Source of the DNA: a virus | Taxonomy: Duplodnaviria > Heunggongvirae > Uroviricota > Caudoviricetes | Direction: 5' to 3' (one strand) | IMG/VR virus record: IMGVR_UViG_3300020048_000032 | Location: 83,147-147,146 of that record | DNA: 64,000 nucleotides | Shown here: positions 63,387 through 64,000 of the stretch, one piece after another | Position numbering within the stretch: position 1 is the first letter of the stretch | Layout of the letters: each line of letters starts with the position of its first letter | Program-made: the position numbers and the translations under genes | The notes under the pieces: generated by a model | Database searches by the model: none | What the model saw: the letters and a program-made list of their open reading frames with translations, nothing else | What the model was told of the DNA's origin: nothing

Positions 63387-64000
63387 TTACTTACCCATAA
63401 CAAACTTTGCTAAGCTCTTCAGTTGGTCCATAGAGATAATGTCCTTCTTACGGTACTCGTCTAGCTTCCCAAGCAACTCACCTTTATTATACATATCTGA
63501 TTCGCGTGCAGTGCCACCGTAGTAATAAGTTAAGGTATAAGTAGGCGTCTTCGCAAATTCTGAGAAGTCTACTATCAAGACCGCATAGCTACTTATTGTA
63601 GGGTCTTGAACAAACATGTGTGGGAATCCTATATCTGCAACATTATTAGAAGATACAATAAATTTATCTATGGATGACACTTTAACTACACTGCCAAGTT
63701 CATCCTTCCTCTTCATAACTATCTCGTGTGCATTAAACTTATTGGTTAAAGTGCTGATGATATTACGGAGAACAGTATTTATATTTTGCTGCATAGACGT
63801 GATTGCTTCTCGTTTGATTCTTTGTAATGCGATGTCGGATGATTTCTGTATTGCACCCGCTGCACGGCCTATTTCATTTGTATAACTCTTATAGTCTTCT
63901 ATAGAGGGCATCTCATCGCCATACATTTCACCTTCATTATCTTTATGCTTTTCTAATAGAGTTTTAAAGTCTATCTGTAGTAGAGATTCCAGCGGTAGGT
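63387..64000 (-). CDS. Family C paralog 5, 5' end beyond the window
   Basis: Frame is open from 63926 to the window edge (LPLESLLQIDFKTLLEKHK...); C-terminal VLIVDFSEFAKTPTY...LAKFV. Confidence 0.75.
   Translation of the reverse strand, partial: LPLESLLQIDFKTLLEKHKDNEGEMYGDEMPSIEDYKSYTNEIGRAAGAIQKSSDIALQRIKREAITSMQQNINTVLRNIISTLTNKFNAHEIVMKRKDELGSVVKVSSIDKFIVSSNNVADIGFPHMFVQDPTISSYAVLIVDFSEFAKTPTYTLTYYYGGTARESDMYNKGELLGKLDEYRKKDIISMDQLKSLAKFVMGK

Noticed and set aside
1766-63885. All plus-strand ORFs in the track (e.g. 10946..11407, 15734..16207, 19995..20483, 24508..24954, 30721..31248, 36033..36587, 43298..43684)
   Set aside because: Each lies fully antisense to a well-supported minus-strand gene, lacks an RBS, and has the Ser/Ile/Phe-rich composition expected of shadow frames (e.g. 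36033..36587 mirrors an acidic tract).
1-64000. CRISPR array, rRNA/tRNA genes, integrase/att sites, stop-codon reassignment
   Set aside because: No regularly spaced direct repeats or RNA-gene signatures were seen. Genes are full length under the standard code and TAG is used as a normal stop.

Overview
This window is a fragment of a large, AT-rich contractile-tailed (T4-like myovirus-type) phage genome. The host is probably a Bacillota (Firmicutes) member, inferred from GGAGG ribosome-binding sites, extended -10 sigmaA-type promoters, Gram-positive holin families and a LysM endolysin. Every gene I can support is on the minus strand. In transcription order (right to left) the window holds: (1) a ~28 kb head region (35.5-64 kb) with many unknown, partly paralogous proteins, a tandem GNAT protein, a three-domain glycosyltransferase, a gp21-like prohead protease fused to a scaffold, the gp23-like major capsid protein, a GIY-YIG homing endonuclease, a pentapeptide-repeat protein and a gp13-like neck protein; (2) a tail fibre/adhesin cluster (25-35 kb); (3) a lysis cassette (22.4-25.1 kb); (4) neck, tail terminator, sheath, tube, chaperone, tape measure and baseplate genes (3.5-19.6 kb); (5) a non-coding junction (3.1-3.5 kb) with TATAATAG repeats and a G-run; (6) sigmaA-driven non-structural genes including a putative sigma factor and a 3D-domain protein. 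I found no portal, terminase, replication, integrase, tRNA, rRNA or CRISPR features. The best candidate for a new system is the head-region cluster: a dozen or more unknown proteins share an N-terminal leader ending in (I/L/V)-x-E-(S/A/N), the motif also seen in the capsid and scaffold proteins. This suggests a large, duplicated arsenal of capsid-packaged, protease-matured proteins that are injected into the host, including two apparent polyproteins. Other highlights are a candidate +1 frameshift (TTC-TTT-CGT) in the tail chaperone, carbohydrate-binding modules inserted in the sheath and baseplate, and a possible virion-glycosylating enzyme. All family assignments come from motif recognition by eye; no database search was run.
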